This document shows positions 19,418 through 31,215 of a stretch of DNA of 64,000 nt, one piece after another. The notes under the pieces were generated by a model, which made no database searches, had not been told where the DNA came from, and saw only the letters and a list, made by a program, of their open reading frames with translations. A program made the translations under genes and the position numbers. The DNA comes from Alphaproteobacteria bacterium. Lineage in GTDB: Bacteria > Pseudomonadota > Alphaproteobacteria > MPNO01 > UBA830. The stretch's first letter is position 1. Every line of letters begins with the position of its first letter. The stretch covers positions 1,312,001 to 1,376,000 of the forward strand of contig OZ219790.1 in NCBI GenBank assembly GCA_964291215.2, in the 5' to 3' direction.

Positions 19418-19641
19418 CGGGCAGATTTCCTTTCTCCGGAAACTATACCATTGGCGCCTGCGGTTGGCATTTTGCCGTTTGTCCGGCATCCTTCGCAATC
19501 CCGCGCGGTTCACGGGCTTCGGAGAATCATCTGCCGACGCCCCCGTGACATCCTTCGTCCATCCGCATGCACGGCAGCGGAAGGGAATAGCCACCACCGG
19601 CAGCGCCCTTCGGCGGCTGGAACTTGCCGAGGAGACCACCC

Positions 19642-20514
19642 ATGAACGTCGATGATCTGGTCGCCATAGACATTCACACACATGCTGACGAACCCTGCCG
19701 CGGCCCACGGGATGACGGCTATGACGTTTTCGTGAAGGGCATGGCGAAGTATTTCGGAAGCGCCGGCAGCTTCGACCGCCTGCCGACGGTCCCGGAGACC
19801 GCCGACTATTTCCGCGAACGCAGGATCGGCTGCGTCATCTTTCCCGTCGACAGCGAGCGGGAAACCGGTTTCCGCCGCTATTCGAACGAAGAAGTTGCCC
19901 GGATCGCCGCGGAAAACAGCGACATCATGATTCCCTTTGCCTCCATCGATCCCGCCAAGGGCCGCGTCGGCGCGCGGGAAGTGCGACGGCTGGTCGAGGA
20001 ATTCGGCGTTCGCGGTTTCAAGTTCCATCCGACGATGCAGGGCTTCTGGCCCAACGATCGTATGGCCTATCCGCTCTACGAGGCGATCGCCGAGCAAGGC
20101 GCCATAATGCTGTTCCACACCGGCCAGACGGGCGTGGGCGCCGGCATGCGCGGCGGCATGGGAATGCGGCTCAAGTTCTCGAATCCGATGGCGATCGACG
20201 ATGTCGCCGTCGATTTCCCCGACACGCCTATCATCCTCGCCCACCCCTCGTTTCCGTGGCAGGAAGAGGCGCTGGCGGTGGCGACCCACAAACCGAACGT
20301 CTGGATCGATCTGTCAGGCTGGTCCCCCAAATATTTCCCGCCGGTCCTCGTGCGCTACTGCAATTCGCTTCTCAAGCACAAGATGCTCTACGGCTCCGAC
20401 TGGCCCGCGATTACACCGGACCGATGGCTCTCGGATTTCGAGGAAATCGCGATCAAGGAAGAGGTTCGCCCGCTGATCCTGAAAGAGAATGCGAGGTGCC
20501 TGCTCGGATTGTGA
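19642..20514 (+). CDS. Amidohydrolase-2 family hydrolase (4-hydroxyphenyl-beta-ketoacyl-CoA hydrolase-like)
   Basis: IDIHTH, GFKFHP, FHTG, LAHPSFPWQ, IDLSGWSPKYF, YGSDWP. Confidence 0.88.
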   Translation: MNVDDLVAIDIHTHADEPCRGPRDDGYDVFVKGMAKYFGSAGSFDRLPTVPETADYFRERRIGCVIFPVDSERETGFRRYSNEEVARIAAENSDIMIPFASIDPAKGRVGAREVRRLVEEFGVRGFKFHPTMQGFWPNDRMAYPLYEAIAEQGAIMLFHTGQTGVGAGMRGGMGMRLKFSNPMAIDDVAVDFPDTPIILAHPSFPWQEEALAVATHKPNVWIDLSGWSPKYFPPVLVRYCNSLLKHKMLYGSDWPAITPDRWLSDFEEIAIKEEVRPLILKENARCLLGL

Positions 20515-20570
20515 CGGCGGCCCCGCAGGCACTCCGGCAATCATCGGCGCCGGGTCCGGCATTCTCGCCG

Positions 20571-21449
20571 TCAGTTTCCGAATATCGGTTCCGCCAGGCC
20601 CTTCACTTCGGTGTCTACCGCGAACAGGGATCCCGCCTGCGGTTCACGCTGAAAATCCTCGGGGCCGAAGCGGCTCGACGCGGTGGTCACATAAAGCGTC
20701 GTCATGTCGGGCCCGCCGAACGCTGGACATGTGGTCAGCGAGACGGGAAACCCGATCTCCCGTTCCATCTTCCCGGCTGGATCGTACCGCCGGACTGCCC
20801 CGCCCCGCATGAGGGCGACCCAGAGGAATCCCTCACTGTCGACGACGGCGCCGTCGGGCAGCCCGTCCGCTTCCGGGATCTCGACCAGGACGCGCCTGTT
20901 GCCGATGGCCCCGGTCTCGATGTCGAAATCGTACGCCCAGATGGCCTGACGCAGTGAATCCGCAAAATACATCACGGTGTCGTCGGGGCTCCAGCAGATC
21001 GTGTTTGGTATGGTTATCGGACCTTCCATCCTCTCCACGGAACGGTCGGGATCCAGGCGATAGAGCCATCCGACTTCGGCAAAGACCGGATCCTGCATCG
21101 AACCGCACCACAGACGTCCGCGCCTGTCGACGCGGCCGTCATTGAGGCGCGCCCGGTTGAGCCGGCCGTCGCCCTCGGGATCGGCGAGCAGTTCGAAACC
21201 GTCGCTATCAAGATCGATGAGGGCAAAGCCCATACGGGTGCCGGCGACCAGCCGGTTTCCGGTAGCCAGCCCGATACAGCCTATCTCGGTCTGCACGCGC
21301 CAGTTACGACGCCCCCCGGTCGCCGGATCGAGGCGGTGAATCGTCGGATTTCTGACATCGACCCAGTAGAGGGCCTGATGATCCGGATGCCAGACCGGCG
21401 ATTCACCAAGAAGGCAGGTCCCTGCTGCGGCCACATATGGTCCCGTCAT
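20571..21449 (-). CDS. SMP-30/gluconolactonase family protein
   Basis: LGESPVW, RLNDGRVDRRGRLW, IPN, PDG, FGG..LYVTTA. Confidence 0.92.
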   Translation of the reverse strand: MTGPYVAAAGTCLLGESPVWHPDHQALYWVDVRNPTIHRLDPATGGRRNWRVQTEIGCIGLATGNRLVAGTRMGFALIDLDSDGFELLADPEGDGRLNRARLNDGRVDRRGRLWCGSMQDPVFAEVGWLYRLDPDRSVERMEGPITIPNTICWSPDDTVMYFADSLRQAIWAYDFDIETGAIGNRRVLVEIPEADGLPDGAVVDSEGFLWVALMRGGAVRRYDPAGKMEREIGFPVSLTTCPAFGGPDMTTLYVTTASSRFGPEDFQREPQAGSLFAVDTEVKGLAEPIFGN

Positions 21450-21553
21450 CAACGCCTCCAGACCCTGTATCCTCTCGCGCGCCCGCGGACCCTGATATAT
21501 GCTCGCCCCCGATCAGCAAAGCAACCGGATTACAACATCCACGGGAGAGGAAC

Positions 21554-22312
21554 ATGGGCAGACTTGACGGCAGGGCGGCAATCGTGACGGGCGCGGCCCA
21601 GGGAATCGGCGCAGTCTATGCGCGGGCGCTCGCGGCGGAAGGGGCCAGCGTATGCGTCTCCGACATACTCGATACGGCTGCTATCGTCGAGGAGATCGGC
21701 GCGACCGGTGGCAACGCGATCGCCAACTCGACCGATGTCGGTGATCCGGACGCCTGCGCAGCGATGGTCGCCGAAACCGTCGCCGCCTTCGGATCTGCGG
21801 ATATCCTCGTTACCAACGCCGCCGTGTTCGCCACCTTGGAGCGCCGCAGCTTCCTGGAAATCGGCGCCGCGGAATGGGACCAGGTCATGGCCGTCAACAC
21901 ACGTGGCGTGTTCAACTGCATTAAGGCTGCTGTGCCGGTCATGAAGGAACGGAGCTACGGGAAGATCATCAACATCTCATCCAGCACGATCTATTCCGGT
22001 GTGCCGTTGATGCTGCACTACGTGGCCTCGAAGGGCGCCGTCGACGCCATGACCAAGGCGCTGGCGCGCGAGCTCGGCGATTCGGGAATTCGCATCAACA
22101 CCATCGCGCCGGGCTTCACCATGAGCGACCGCATCGAGGCTCAGCGCCACCAGCTTGAGTTCTATGTCAATCTCAGTCTGAACGCCCGGTCCATCAAGCG
22201 CGAACAGGTTCCCGATGATCTGGTTGGCACACTGGTCTATCTCGCCTCGCCGGATTCGGATTTTGTCACCGGTCAGGCCATCGTCGTCGACGGCGGCATG
22301 GTGGTGCACTGA
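21554..22312 (+). CDS. SDR-family oxidoreductase
   Basis: TGAAQGIG, YVASK. Confidence 0.92.
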   Translation: MGRLDGRAAIVTGAAQGIGAVYARALAAEGASVCVSDILDTAAIVEEIGATGGNAIANSTDVGDPDACAAMVAETVAAFGSADILVTNAAVFATLERRSFLEIGAAEWDQVMAVNTRGVFNCIKAAVPVMKERSYGKIINISSSTIYSGVPLMLHYVASKGAVDAMTKALARELGDSGIRINTIAPGFTMSDRIEAQRHQLEFYVNLSLNARSIKREQVPDDLVGTLVYLASPDSDFVTGQAIVVDGGMVVH

Positions 22313-22321
22313 GGGCCGGCG

Positions 22322-23353
22322 ATGTCGTTCGTCAGGAATGCCTGGTATGCGGTGTGCTGGTCGGAGGATCTCGCATCCGGCGGGACCTTGGCGAGGACGC
22401 TGCTGTGCCGGCACATCGTGCTGTGGCGCACCACCGACGGCGTCGCCGCACTCGAGGATAGATGTTGCCACCGGTCACTCCCGCTCTCGCTCGGACGGGT
22501 GATCGGAACCACGCTGCAATGCGGATATCACGGTCTCGAGTTCGACCGAGCCGGCCGATGCGTGAAGGTACCGGGCCAGTCGCACATCCCCCCGGGCAGT
22601 ACCGTCCGCGCCTATCCGGTCTGCGAACGCCACGGGCTGATCTGGTTGTGGCCGGGAGATGCCGGGGCTGCCGACACGGCGCTCATTCCCGACCTCCCGT
22701 GGCTCGACGACCCGGGCTGGACCCGGACCGGCGGCTGCATCGACCTTGGGGCCGACTACCGCCTGTTGATCGACAACCTCCTCGACCTGACCCATGTCAG
22801 CTACATTCACAAGAACACTCTCGCCGGCGATCCTGCGGAGGCGCTGGTGCCGGTGACGACGACGCGTGAAGGCGACGCGATTCGCGTCGAGCGGTGGATG
22901 CGGGGCTTCACCGCGCCCCCCATGTACAACCGTGCGAGGAGGTTCGCCGGCAAGGTCGATCGCTGGCAGCTGATCAGATGGCAGGCGCCGTCGACGGTCA
23001 CCCTCGATATTGGCTGCGCGGATGCCGGCACAGGCGCTCCCGAAGGCGATCGCAGCCACGGAATCTCGATGTGGTCGAACCACATCATCACGCCGGAAAC
23101 CGAGACCACGACGCACTATCTGTGGTCGTTCGCCCGCAACTTCAAGCTCGGCGACGAGACCGTGAGCAAAACCATCGCCCAGGACGGGCTTCGAACCTTC
23201 CTGGAGGACACGGCAGTGCTTGAGGCCCAGCAACGGTCCATCTCCACGGTCGGTGATCGCGCCACTGTCGACATCCGAATCGACAATGCACCGATGCAGT
23301 TCAGACGCATTCTCGGCGACATGATTGCAAGGGAAGGCGCGGAAGCCGCCTGA
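22322..23353 (+). CDS. Rieske non-heme iron oxygenase alpha subunit (VanA-like)
   Basis: CCH..CGYH Rieske motif; DNLLDLTH..YIH iron-binding motif. Confidence 0.92.
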   Translation: MSFVRNAWYAVCWSEDLASGGTLARTLLCRHIVLWRTTDGVAALEDRCCHRSLPLSLGRVIGTTLQCGYHGLEFDRAGRCVKVPGQSHIPPGSTVRAYPVCERHGLIWLWPGDAGAADTALIPDLPWLDDPGWTRTGGCIDLGADYRLLIDNLLDLTHVSYIHKNTLAGDPAEALVPVTTTREGDAIRVERWMRGFTAPPMYNRARRFAGKVDRWQLIRWQAPSTVTLDIGCADAGTGAPEGDRSHGISMWSNHIITPETETTTHYLWSFARNFKLGDETVSKTIAQDGLRTFLEDTAVLEAQQRSISTVGDRATVDIRIDNAPMQFRRILGDMIAREGAEAA

Positions 23354-23396
23354 CGGCGCCGGATGCGGACGCCGGATCCTTGTCTGGGCGTAGCGG

Positions 23397-24944
23397 TCAG
23401 TCCGCGCCCTGCAACACCTTCCATTCCTCGGCAAGTGCCCTGCGGTCCATCTTGCCGCGCGCCGTTCGCGGCAGCGCATCGCGGAGGATGATCTCGCCCG
23501 GCACCTTGAAATCCGCGAGGTACCGGACGCAGTGCGCCATCACCGCATCCGGCTCCACCCGAGTATCGGCGGCAGGCACGAAATAGGTGACGACCTTCTC
23601 GCCGTAGGTCGGGTCGGGTACACCGACGGTGGCGACATCGGCGATATCGGGCATCTGCAGGATGACGTTGTCGATCTCCAGCGGCGAGATATTCACCCCG
23701 CCGCGGATGATCAGGTCCTTTTCGCGGCCGGTGACGAAGAGAAAACCGTCGTCGTCGATGTAGCCGAGATCGCCGGTCAGCGCCGATCCTTCAGCATGCA
23801 CGCGAATCGAGCCGTCGCTGTCGACATACCGATAGCGTCCGGCCGGGTTGCCGTTGAGTTGAATCGCCCCGATTTCGCCCGGTGCCAAGGGGTTGCCGTC
23901 ACCATTGACGATCCGCACCTTCTGATACGCCAGCGGCTTTCCGACGGACCCCATCTTGCGGGTGCCTTCATGGCTCCCGGCAATCCACCCAACTTCGCTG
24001 GCCCCGTAACCCTGGCACACGGGAATGCCGAACGTGGTCTCGAATCGGCGCCATTCGGATAACAGAAGCGGTGCCGAACTCGATGTCAGGAAGCGCAGGC
24101 TCAGCGCCGCGCCATGACCCCGATCCGCTTCGCGGTTGACCAGCATGTTGATGATCGTCGGATTTCCGGCGGCGATCGTGGCCTGGTTGTCGTTGACCCA
24201 GTCGAAGAACTTCGACACCGAGAACCTGCGCGCCAGAAGCAATGTCGCCCCCTTCGCGACGGGACCAAGGGCTGACAGCACCTGCGCCGACATCCAGTTC
24301 ATCGAACGGTAATCGAGTATGCGATCATCGGACGTGACCCCAAACGCGTCGGCGATCGGCAGGGTGTTGTCGTGGAGTTCGGCCACCGTGCACAGGACAC
24401 CCTTCGGCCGCGTCGCGGTACCCGACGTGTAGAAAATCGACGCATCGTCGTTCCTCGACGCCACCGGCCAGTCGCCCGGAGTATCCCCGAAATCCGTCAA
24501 TTCAGCGAAAACGCCAGAGGCACCGTCACGACTCCACCTCCCGAGAGGCTTCCATTGTCCACCAACCTTGCCGACGGGAAGATCGATCTCCGGAATCCCG
24601 TCCTCGCAGAGGATCAGCTTCGCCCTGAGGATTCCCAGAATCCCCTTCAGATGAGACGCATTCATCTCCACATGGATCGTGCAGATGGTGCAGCCATAGG
24701 CAAGCGAACCGAGATAGACGATCAGGTGTTCGATGGAATTGTTCGACAACAGCACGACGCGGTCACCGCGGCCGATGCCGTTGGCCTCGTAAAAATGACC
24801 GATCCGGTTGGACAGGCGAAAGAGTTCGCCGTGGGTAATCTCCACGTTCTGGTCGAGAGAACGGATGACCATGCGATCCGGACATTTGCGCGCGTTTCGC
24901 GCCAACCAGAAAAAGAAGCCGCTATCTCGTGTGGTGCCCGTCAT
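23397..24944 (-). CDS. Class I adenylate-forming enzyme (acyl-CoA synthetase)
   Basis: YTSGTATRPKG, GYGASE, TGDLG, GREKD, PRTARGK; start uncertain. Confidence 0.9.
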   Translation of the reverse strand: MTGTTRDSGFFFWLARNARKCPDRMVIRSLDQNVEITHGELFRLSNRIGHFYEANGIGRGDRVVLLSNNSIEHLIVYLGSLAYGCTICTIHVEMNASHLKGILGILRAKLILCEDGIPEIDLPVGKVGGQWKPLGRWSRDGASGVFAELTDFGDTPGDWPVASRNDDASIFYTSGTATRPKGVLCTVAELHDNTLPIADAFGVTSDDRILDYRSMNWMSAQVLSALGPVAKGATLLLARRFSVSKFFDWVNDNQATIAAGNPTIINMLVNREADRGHGAALSLRFLTSSSAPLLLSEWRRFETTFGIPVCQGYGASEVGWIAGSHEGTRKMGSVGKPLAYQKVRIVNGDGNPLAPGEIGAIQLNGNPAGRYRYVDSDGSIRVHAEGSALTGDLGYIDDDGFLFVTGREKDLIIRGGVNISPLEIDNVILQMPDIADVATVGVPDPTYGEKVVTYFVPAADTRVEPDAVMAHCVRYLADFKVPGEIILRDALPRTARGKMDRRALAEEWKVLQGAD

Positions 24945-25120
24945 ATACGATCCCGCTTTCCCGTCCGCCCCGGCTCTCGAAGGAGCCATTTCAGACCAAC
25001 GTTCAGGCCGCAAGGGACCGTCGGCCGCCAGCCCTTTCGAAAGCATCCGCCTGCCTCTCCCATGCCAATCCGCGCCATTCCTGTCAAGACGCCGATACTT
25101 CCAAGCCCAACCTTTCCCAC

Positions 25121-28119
25121 ACTTACCCCCTGGTTCCGGCTTGATGTCGGGGTAGAGCAACGAACGGGTTTTCGTGGAGATTTGACATTGCAGCCCGATT
25201 CGTTCAGTGACGGTCATCGAGAACGACGGGGACCGCCAGTGGGCTACTTTGGATCGAAGGCGACGAGCGGGCTGTGCCAGCTGCTTCCGGGGCTCCAGCC
25301 TCCGCATGATCTGTATGTGAAAACGCATCTCGGAGGCGGCGCGCTGATGAAGCGCAAGGCCGGGTGATGGCGACGGGCGGCGCGCGAGGAGTTCGAAGCG
25401 GCCAAGGCGCTGCGTGCGGCCGGCAAGGTGGCGGAAGAGGCCGTGATCCGCGTCTTCGTCATCCTGCTCGACATCATCATCGTCGTCCTTCTGGAGAAGA
25501 CTACGCACGAGCCGGAACTCCGGTCTGCCGCCGTCACAGACGGACAAGAGCGTGCCGGGAGCAACGGCCCGAAGCCGAACCGGCAGATGGGCGACAACCT
25601 GCGCAAGACCATCGTCGAGGAAACGGTCGCGGCCTGCGACGCCTGCGGCGCCGACATGGACGGCCCCGTCGATCGGGAGCGCCGCACGACATCGTGTTCG
25701 AGGTCGTCGAGCGCCGCGCCGAGATCAAGGAATGCCCGAAGTGCAAGGCCCGGACCAAGGGCCGGTTCCCCGACAACATCCCGTGCAGTACGGCATCGGC
25801 ATTCAGGCCCTCGTCATCAACCTGCTGGTTGCCCAGATGCTGTCCCTGCGCCGTGCCGTCGCGTTCGTGCAGGCGATATCAAGCTCTCCGAGGCCTCGGC
25901 TATGCTTTCACGATGCGTCATGGGAGGAGGCCGCCGTGGCGCACCTCCTGCAACGCCCGATGTCGACGATTTCGGATCAACAGTAAGTGGCTCCATGTCG
26001 TGGGACCCTGACGTGCAAGTTCCCGCACCGCAAGCGCGGCCGGGAGGCAAGAGATCGGCCCGTGCTACAAGGGCGTCCTGGGCCTCGTACATGGGCCAGT
26101 GTAGCCACCAGTTGTGCGGCAGCCACCTGCTGCGCGAACTGACCTTTGTCGTCGAGGCTACCGCGCGACTGATGAAGAGCCTGCTCCCTGCCACAAGGTC
26201 AACAAGAGCGCATCCAAAACCCTGAACGACGCCGGGCGCTACCGCACCATCAGGGCGCCAGGGAACTGCCCGACATCCCGCCGAAAGGAAAACGTGGACG
26301 CAAACGCGCACAACCTGCACGAACGTCTCGTGAAACACGAAAACCTGCGCTTCACAGACGACCATCGCGGTAGGGAACCGGGTTACCCCCCGCACAGAAC
26401 CGGACGTGCGCTGTTCGCTCCTCCCCTGACGACAAGGCGCTGGTTTGGCCACGGGCTCAGTGGGCAGCGGTGAGGGTGTCTATGTCCCCGGTGAAGTCCT
26501 TTTGGGAGCGTCGCCGAAGGGCACGCAGCTGTTTGCATTGGTGTATGAACTTCTGCAGGCTGCTTCCTGGAACGGCGTAGTAGCAGCCGTTGATAACTCA
26601 CCACTTGGCCGTTTCGTGCCGGTTATCGTGCCACCGCCTGCGCAAGGCCTCCTTGATCCGCCGCAGGGTGCCCGTTTGCGACCGACCCTGAACCTGCCTT
26701 TCCTCGTCTGTTCGCAGAAGTGCGTCATGCCGAGGAAGTCGAACGTCTTGCCCTGTCCACGCTTCCGGCGGTTCGCTCTGGCAAACCGACCGAACTCGAT
26801 GATTTTCCGGGTGCAGTTCAAGTGGGCCAGTCTCTCCCCAAGGTCTCAGCGCCGCCCAGATGCTGAAAGCCGCACACGAAGTCGTCCGCATAATGATCGT
26901 GTCGCCTCCAGCCATCCGCTTGCGCCAGTGGTTCTGGAACCAGTCGTACGTAGTGCAGGTTCGCAAGGCATGGCGCCGCCCCTTGCGGCGTTACCTTGCC
27001 AGTCGGTCCCTTCCATGACGCCGGCGTCACTTGATGATCAGACCCCCCGATCCGTTTCCCGAGCATCGCGACCAGATGGTCGCGGTTGTCGAAGGGGCGT
27101 CAACGATCCAGTTGACCTTCCGCCGTTCCACCGTGACGGCGCATGATGCGCCCCGGCCGGAAGCCGTAACTAAACCCGAGGAACTCCGTCTCGCGGCACC
27201 AGAATCACACCGCCCGCTGAAGAATCTTGTCCGAGGCAAGTTGCCCTCCATCCTCCTTGGGTATGTAAACCCCGGAGGCGCCCGGTACGCACCCCTGTGC
27301 ACACGGGCGTGCAGCAGTTCCACACCCTCCGCGTACGCTTGCCACACAACGCCCCGCCGCCGCGTCCTTCCTCAAGGAATGGAACGCATCGTGTAGAACG
27401 TCGACCGTCACGTGGTGGAGTAAAGACGCTCTTCCGGGTTCCTCTTCGCTACCTGCGTTCAGCCGCCTGTGACCCCCGCTTCTGCGCGCGGCGCGGGCCA
27501 ACCGCATTGCCCTTCCCTCCAACAACTCCGCAGGCTCCGAAGAACCCTTGTTCGCCGCCTTCAGCGGTACTATGGCCGAATCTGACTTCTCGTTCATCAT
27601 CGGTTTACGGATTAGTTCCTTTCCTCTGCGGCCCCTCCACGACAGAGGGGCAAGACCTCCCAGGTCCCTGCTTCGGCCCTGGTTCTCGGACCCCGCGGAG
27701 CCCCCCTCACCAACGCGGCTCGTTGCCTTCGGCCACGACCTCGGCACTCCGGTTTCAAAGCATCTCGTGGCTCAATAGCCTGCCGCTCCCCAACGCTTCG
27801 CCTGGCGACGCATGGTTCACGGAGAAATTAGCCTCTCTCGGGACTTGCACCCGGCCACATTTCACCAGTTTGCCTGGCGCACCCAATGTCAGCTTCACCA
27901 ACAATGCCGGAGAACAGAAGATCAGGATGGCAAAGGTCAAGGTGCCCGGATGCTTCCGCTCCACGCAAAAGCATGGTGCCGGAGCTCAAGCTACCTCACC
28001 TCCATGGCCGCACTCGGCTACAACCCACTCGTCGCCACCCAGATCGCCCTCGACGGAAAAGCCGCAGACATCATCAACGAGCACTATGAATCAGAACCCA
28101 ACAAGGGGTGAGTAGATAC
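25121..28119 (+). mobile_element. IS66-family copy A, eroded; truncated MTase passenger; carries a group II intron
   Basis: Right TIR GGGGTGAGTAGATAC; left TIR partly lost; motifs ECPKC, HQLCGSHLLREL, VSFTNN..EQKIRMAK. Confidence 0.85.
26364..27882 (-). mobile_element. Group II intron copy A (eroded RT/maturase), antisense within IS66
   Basis: 5' GTGCGCC, 3' CCCTACCGCGAT; RT motifs TPQG, LANL, YADDF, FDFLG; removing it restores IS66 codons D-P-N-V-S-F-T-N-N. Confidence 0.9.
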
Positions 28120-28617
28120 GGTTTGCGCTTCAATAAGCTCTATCCATCCTTGCTGCTCAAGATAGTTATCAAAGAAACCAATCTCTCTATCGCCCTCCGG
28201 AATTAATGCGGATGAGGAAGCCTCGATCCACGACAGAGCTAGGAAAAAATTTTCGGGACTGGATTGATGGCCAATCGCGTGAAAGCCAGAACCTGGATAT
28301 GATTCGAGACCAGCCATAAATCGTAGAAGCCGGTCGGCCCGCTCGCGAACGTGCAATGGGCGGCTTCTCTCGGCATCTTTGATCGTATTCGTGTTCACTT
28401 CTGGGCAATCAATGCCTAAGCGCCGTTGGTTGTTCAGCCATGTGGTCAGACGACCCTTTAAAGAATTATCGCTTTCTCTAATTGTCGCTGTTGCGGATCC
28501 GCTTATGAAATAGAAGCCACCGGCGCGGGGCGAATTGACTTTACATCCATCTCGGTCACCGACGCTGTGGTCAGTTGCTGGCGTTCCCCAGATTGGGCAG
28601 GCAAAATTTTCAGTCAT
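28120..28617 (-). pseudogene. Lower-GC hypothetical gene, C-terminally truncated by IS66 copy A
   Basis: MTENFACPIWGTPA..SPRAGG..RLTTWL; ATGA-coupled to the upstream gene; frame runs into the IS TIR. Confidence 0.65.
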
Positions 28618-29320
28618 GCGTTTGTCCTCGCATGGATCATGGTCAATATCGCTGCGATCCGACGAGCCGTATCGGCAAAGTGCTGCACTTCCTCGGGAAA
28701 AAGGGGTCGGCCGAGGACGGCGCGCTCGCGGTAAGACAGCCATTTCTTGAGCACTTGATAGCCGCCCAAGCGGTAAGCCCAGACGGCGGCGGGGACGTTG
28801 CGCCAGAACGCCTCGTCGTTGAGGTGGATGTCGAAGGTCGTGCTGCCGAGGGCGGGTAGGGAATCGTCCAGGCCGGCGCGTTCGGCGGGGGTCAAGGCGC
28901 GCTCGACAGCGTGGCCCTGGCCGGGCATCACGGCGTCGCCTTGGCCGTGGTGGCCCCAGCCCGCCGTTACCGCGAAGTCGGCACCCGTCATGTTGCGCCC
29001 GCCGACAGTGGCGGGGACGGCGAGGGCGGCAATCTCCGAGCGCAGGGGTGCTTGCGTCACGCCGGGAACCGGGGTGTCGGGATCGAGCAGCACGGCGAGT
29101 TCGCGCCCGCGCGCCGCCGACCGAGCGAGTTCCTCCGCCGCGTCCTCGTCGCTACCGTTCGGCCAGCCCGGCAGCGGGATGCGCGGCCACTCCATGCGCA
29201 ATGCCCCAGCATTGGCCTCGCGCCAAGCGGGATCGTGCAGCGTGGCGAGGACGTGGTGGAACAGGTCCTCGACGCCAAGGCCGAGATGTCGGAGGTAACA
29301 GTGCGCCGCCTCGCTCAGAT
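28614..29320 (-). pseudogene. Type ISP/IIL restriction-modification C-terminal (specificity) domain fragment; 5' end cut by IS5
   Basis: DLFHHVLATLHDP..N..ALR..WPRIP; VP..VWAYRLGGYQVLKKWLSYRE. Confidence 0.75.
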
Positions 29321-29322
29321 TA

Positions 29323-30159
29323 GGTCGTGTACCCATAAGGGGTTTCTTCTTCAGCGAAGCTGTGATTCAAGCTCCCAACTTCAGGGAGCGAGGACATGGG
29401 CCGGTACGATCTGACAGACTTCGAATGGCGGGTGATCAAGCCGTTGCTGCCGAACAAGACCCGTGGGGTGCCGCGGGTTGACGACCGGCGGGTGTTGAAC
29501 GGCATTCTGTGGGTGCTTCGCGCGGGGGCGCCGTGGCGAGACCTGCCGGAGCACTACGGGCCTTATACGACCTGCTACAACCGGTTCAACCGCTGGCGCA
29601 AGAAGGGCATCTGGGATCAGTTGATGGATGCGGTGGTGGAGGCTCACGACGGCAATGTGCAAATGATCGACAGTTCGAGCGTCCGGGTTCACCAGCATGC
29701 GGCGGGATCAAAAAAGGGGGTCCGGATCGTTGCATGGGCCGTTCCCGTGGCGGACTGACCACGAAGATCCACGCCGTGTCGGACGTGAGCGGCCTGCCGG
29801 TCCGCTATGACCTCAGCCCCGGCCAGGCGCACGACACCACGGCCGCCGGTGCCATGCTGGCGACCCTGCCGCCCGACAGTTTCCTCGTCGCCGACAAGGC
29901 CTATGACGCCAAATGGATCCGTGACCTGATCGAGCAACACGATGCCGTCCCGATCATCCCCGACCGCGAAGGCGCGAAGACCAGGCACGCTTTCTCCAAA
30001 CCCTTGTATAAATTGCGAAACCGGATCGAACGCGCCTTCAACAAACTCAAGCAGTTCCGCCGCATCGCCACCCGATACGAAAAGCTCGCGGCCAACTTCC
30101 TCGCCATGATCAAGATCGCTACTGTCAGGCTCTGGCTACGCGCTTATGAGTCCACGGCC
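29323..30159 (+). mobile_element. IS5-family (IS427 group) element, intact; two ORFs joined by a -1 frameshift
   Basis: TIRs GGTCGTGTACCCATAAG / CTTATGAGTCCACGGCC; TA duplication; ORF A 29396-29758, ORF B to 30162; A6G slippery site at 29710; ADKAYD, YKLRNRIER..KQFRRIATRY. Confidence 0.93.
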
Positions 30160-30185
30160 TAACACCGGGCGGCATCCTTTCTGAG

Positions 30186-31160
30186 CTATTTCAGATGTTT
30201 GGCGAAGAACGCAACGGCACGCTCCACCGAGTCTAGGGCTGCCGCTTCATTGCGGCCATAGGTGACACCCCGCCTCATGCAGTCGAGCTTGTATGCTTTT
30301 CGGAGGAATTCTTTGTAGGTAAGGCCCTCGGAAGAGAGGGTTCCAAACTCTACTTCGCCGTCGAGGCGTTGAACGCCGATTGGGCAGTCGGCAAGGGAGC
30401 GTATGTCGCTCCGATAGAGCGATCTGTGGCTTATAAAGTTGTGATGTGCGCCCGGATAGACGACTGTTTCGACTTTGCCGCCTGCTTTCCGCATTTTGTC
30501 CGCCTGCGTCAAGCAGGCATCGTGAGGAGTGACGTTATCGGCTTCGCCAAGCAGCATTAACAGCGGCGCACCTGTCGGCATGTATTGTTCGAAATCGGAG
30601 CCGCACCAAGGATAGAGCGCGACGCCGGCGGCGTAACGGGTCTTGGTTGTTAGAACCGCATCAGCCCACGGCTTATGAGTAGAGCGGATAGTCATCGTGC
30701 CGCCTGCGCTGAGGCCAGAAATGCCGATCCGGTCGGGATCGACACGCGGATGCTTCGCGAGTGATTCCAGCGCCCGCAGGGCGTCTGTGAGGCGCGAGGC
30801 GAAGGATAACTGACCCTGATTTCCGGAGGTGCCTTCGATGTTCCGCGCGGTGAAACTGTCGGCAATGAACAGGCCGATACCTTCTGCGGCCAGCCCGTCA
30901 CGGAGTGCGGCGCGAAACCCCCTTGAGTGCTTGCCATAGGCTGGGCCGCTGCCATGCTGAAAGACAACGACCGGGAACGGTCCTTTGCCTTCGGGAAGCA
31001 TTAACCTTCCTTCCAGAGTTACCGGCTTACCCCATTTGCCGGCGAAGGCGTCTCGCCAAAAGTCGAAATTGGAAGAAGTGTATTTCACAGTTTCCCCGGT
31101 CATTCCTCCACCGCAAGCGGCAAGCAGCATGACGGCGGCTATAGCGAACACAATGCGCAT
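30186..31160 (-). CDS. Dienelactone hydrolase-family alpha/beta hydrolase, lipoprotein
   Basis: Lipobox LLAAC; GLSAGG, GEADN, YPGAHH. Confidence 0.88.
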   Translation of the reverse strand: MRIVFAIAAVMLLAACGGGMTGETVKYTSSNFDFWRDAFAGKWGKPVTLEGRLMLPEGKGPFPVVVFQHGSGPAYGKHSRGFRAALRDGLAAEGIGLFIADSFTARNIEGTSGNQGQLSFASRLTDALRALESLAKHPRVDPDRIGISGLSAGGTMTIRSTHKPWADAVLTTKTRYAAGVALYPWCGSDFEQYMPTGAPLLMLLGEADNVTPHDACLTQADKMRKAGGKVETVVYPGAHHNFISHRSLYRSDIRSLADCPIGVQRLDGEVEFGTLSSEGLTYKEFLRKAYKLDCMRRGVTYGRNEAAALDSVERAVAFFAKHLK

Positions 31161-31215
31161 TGGAATCCCTCCCGGTTACCGCCCGGCCGGAATAGCCGGG
31201 CCGTTGTCACTGCTT

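Noticed and set aside
24945-25547. N-terminal extension of the 716-aa acyl-CoA synthetase ORF
   Set aside because: It reads antisense through IS66 copy A; the real start is near 24944-25045.
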